From Alloascoidea hylecoeti (taxonomy: Eukaryota): a stretch of DNA of 64,000 bases. A model generated the notes under the pieces. The model was not told the origin of the DNA, searched no databases, and saw only the letters and a list, made by a program, of their open reading frames with translations. Below are positions 62,881 through 64,000 of the stretch, one piece after another. The stretch is taken from assembly GCA_001600815.1 (NCBI GenBank), contig BCKZ01000013.1:124001-188000 (forward strand). The letters are read 5' to 3'. The translations under genes and the position numbers were made by a program. Position 1 is the stretch's first letter; every line of letters begins with the position of its first letter.

Positions 62881-63652
62881 ATGTCGGACATAAAAGTCGC
62901 CTCCTCTTCACAAGATGATAATGCGCAACCCGATAAGGATAGAGATGCCGTGACTTTGAAAACTCAAACAAACGAGAATGAAAATACTTCCCTCAACTCA
63001 GAATCTCATTCTCACAATCATGATGATTTTCAAAAGGCTTCTGCAATGAATTTAATTACTGATGATGATGGTTCAATAGTTGAACCTTCTGATCCTTCCG
63101 TTCCTATTCTAAATATATCTTTCTTACCTTTGAATGGTGAGCGCATTTACATTTCCTTAGATTCAAGATATATCCTAGCTCATAAATTGGATGTTAAGGA
63201 TCCACACCATATTACGATCGGAGCCTTAATAAGTTCACTTTTTAATGAATGGCCTAAAGGTATGTTTATATCATAAAATCGAGGTTGTTATTGTTTTTTT
63301 ATATTAACATGTCATTTTTAGAATGGGATAGTCGTCCAAGTAGTACCGAAAACATTAGGTTAATTTTCATGGGAAGACCACTTGATACCACCGGTACTAT
63401 TGAAGGTAAATATATCTATAAATAAATCAATACTTTTTTTTAAAATTTTTTACTAACTTTTTAATTTTTCAATAATTTTACGCAGATAATAATATTAAAG
63501 AGAATAGTATTATTCATTTATCAATAAGACCCGATTCATTTATTGTTGCAACTAAAACAAAATCAAGAAACAGAACTAAAACAAATACTGAATCAACTTC
63601 AAATGATGATGATGGTAATAATAATTCTGGATGTTGTTGTATTATTATGTAA
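62881..63652 (+). CDS. Membrane-anchored ubiquitin-fold protein (UBL3/MUB-like); exons 62881-63259, 63322-63405, 63486-63652
   Basis: Spliced frame gives EWPKEW..IRLIFMGRPL..IIHLSIRP and ends GCCCIIM (CaaX); TACTAAC branch point at 63451. Confidence 0.82.
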
Positions 63653-64000
63653 TTATCATTTGGCCCTTTATTAAAAATTGAAAACAAATTTATATGATTA
63701 CAATTGATAGCTTATAAAAGGCTTTTAACAAATAAACAAATTTAATTAAACAAGATGATACAAGGCAATTATAAAAATGTTAACAAATAAAACAGATATA
63801 TAAATTTGAACAAAGAATAAAATTGATAATGTCATTCAATTAATGATCAATGAATTCCTACCACTTTTTTGATTCTCCTTTTCCTTTCGAATTCTTTATT
63901 TTTCTCTATCAATTGTTTCACATAACACCACGGCGCACGTTTAAATACATGGATGGTTTCTATTTTTTATATTTTATTCTTCATATTTCTTAAATATTTT

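Noticed and set aside
63840..64000. Gene end at the window edge
   Set aside because: Only short frames with no recognisable motif

Overview
AT-rich eukaryotic DNA, most likely a budding yeast (Saccharomycotina; short spliceosomal introns with GTATGT/GTAAGT/GTGAGT donors and yeast-like orthologues; lineage is inference). Intact genes: HEM1, PBP1, a reticulon, YPT7, a copper amine oxidase, an F-box/WD40 protein, NOP53, PXA1, a CBM1-GH45 endoglucanase, PXMP4/PMP24, three tandem secreted Gly/Ser/Phe-rich repeat proteins, RPL16, a Walker-A-less Rad51 paralogue and a UBL3/MUB-like protein. Between them lies decayed accessory DNA: Tc1/mariner, LINE and Ty1/copia relics, RIM15 and MFS-transporter pseudogenes, and several inverted (fold-back) duplications. 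The most notable item is a family of six broken segments that together reconstruct a PD-(D/E)xK nuclease followed by a protein-kinase-like domain. That is the domain order of Spok meiotic drivers and Crinkler-type effectors, and the nuclease PD motif is lost by different lesions in different copies. Also notable are ~23-bp-period TTCGRCCAC arrays, probably transposon subterminal repeats. All alignments were done by eye and no searches were run, so pseudogene and repeat boundaries are approximate.
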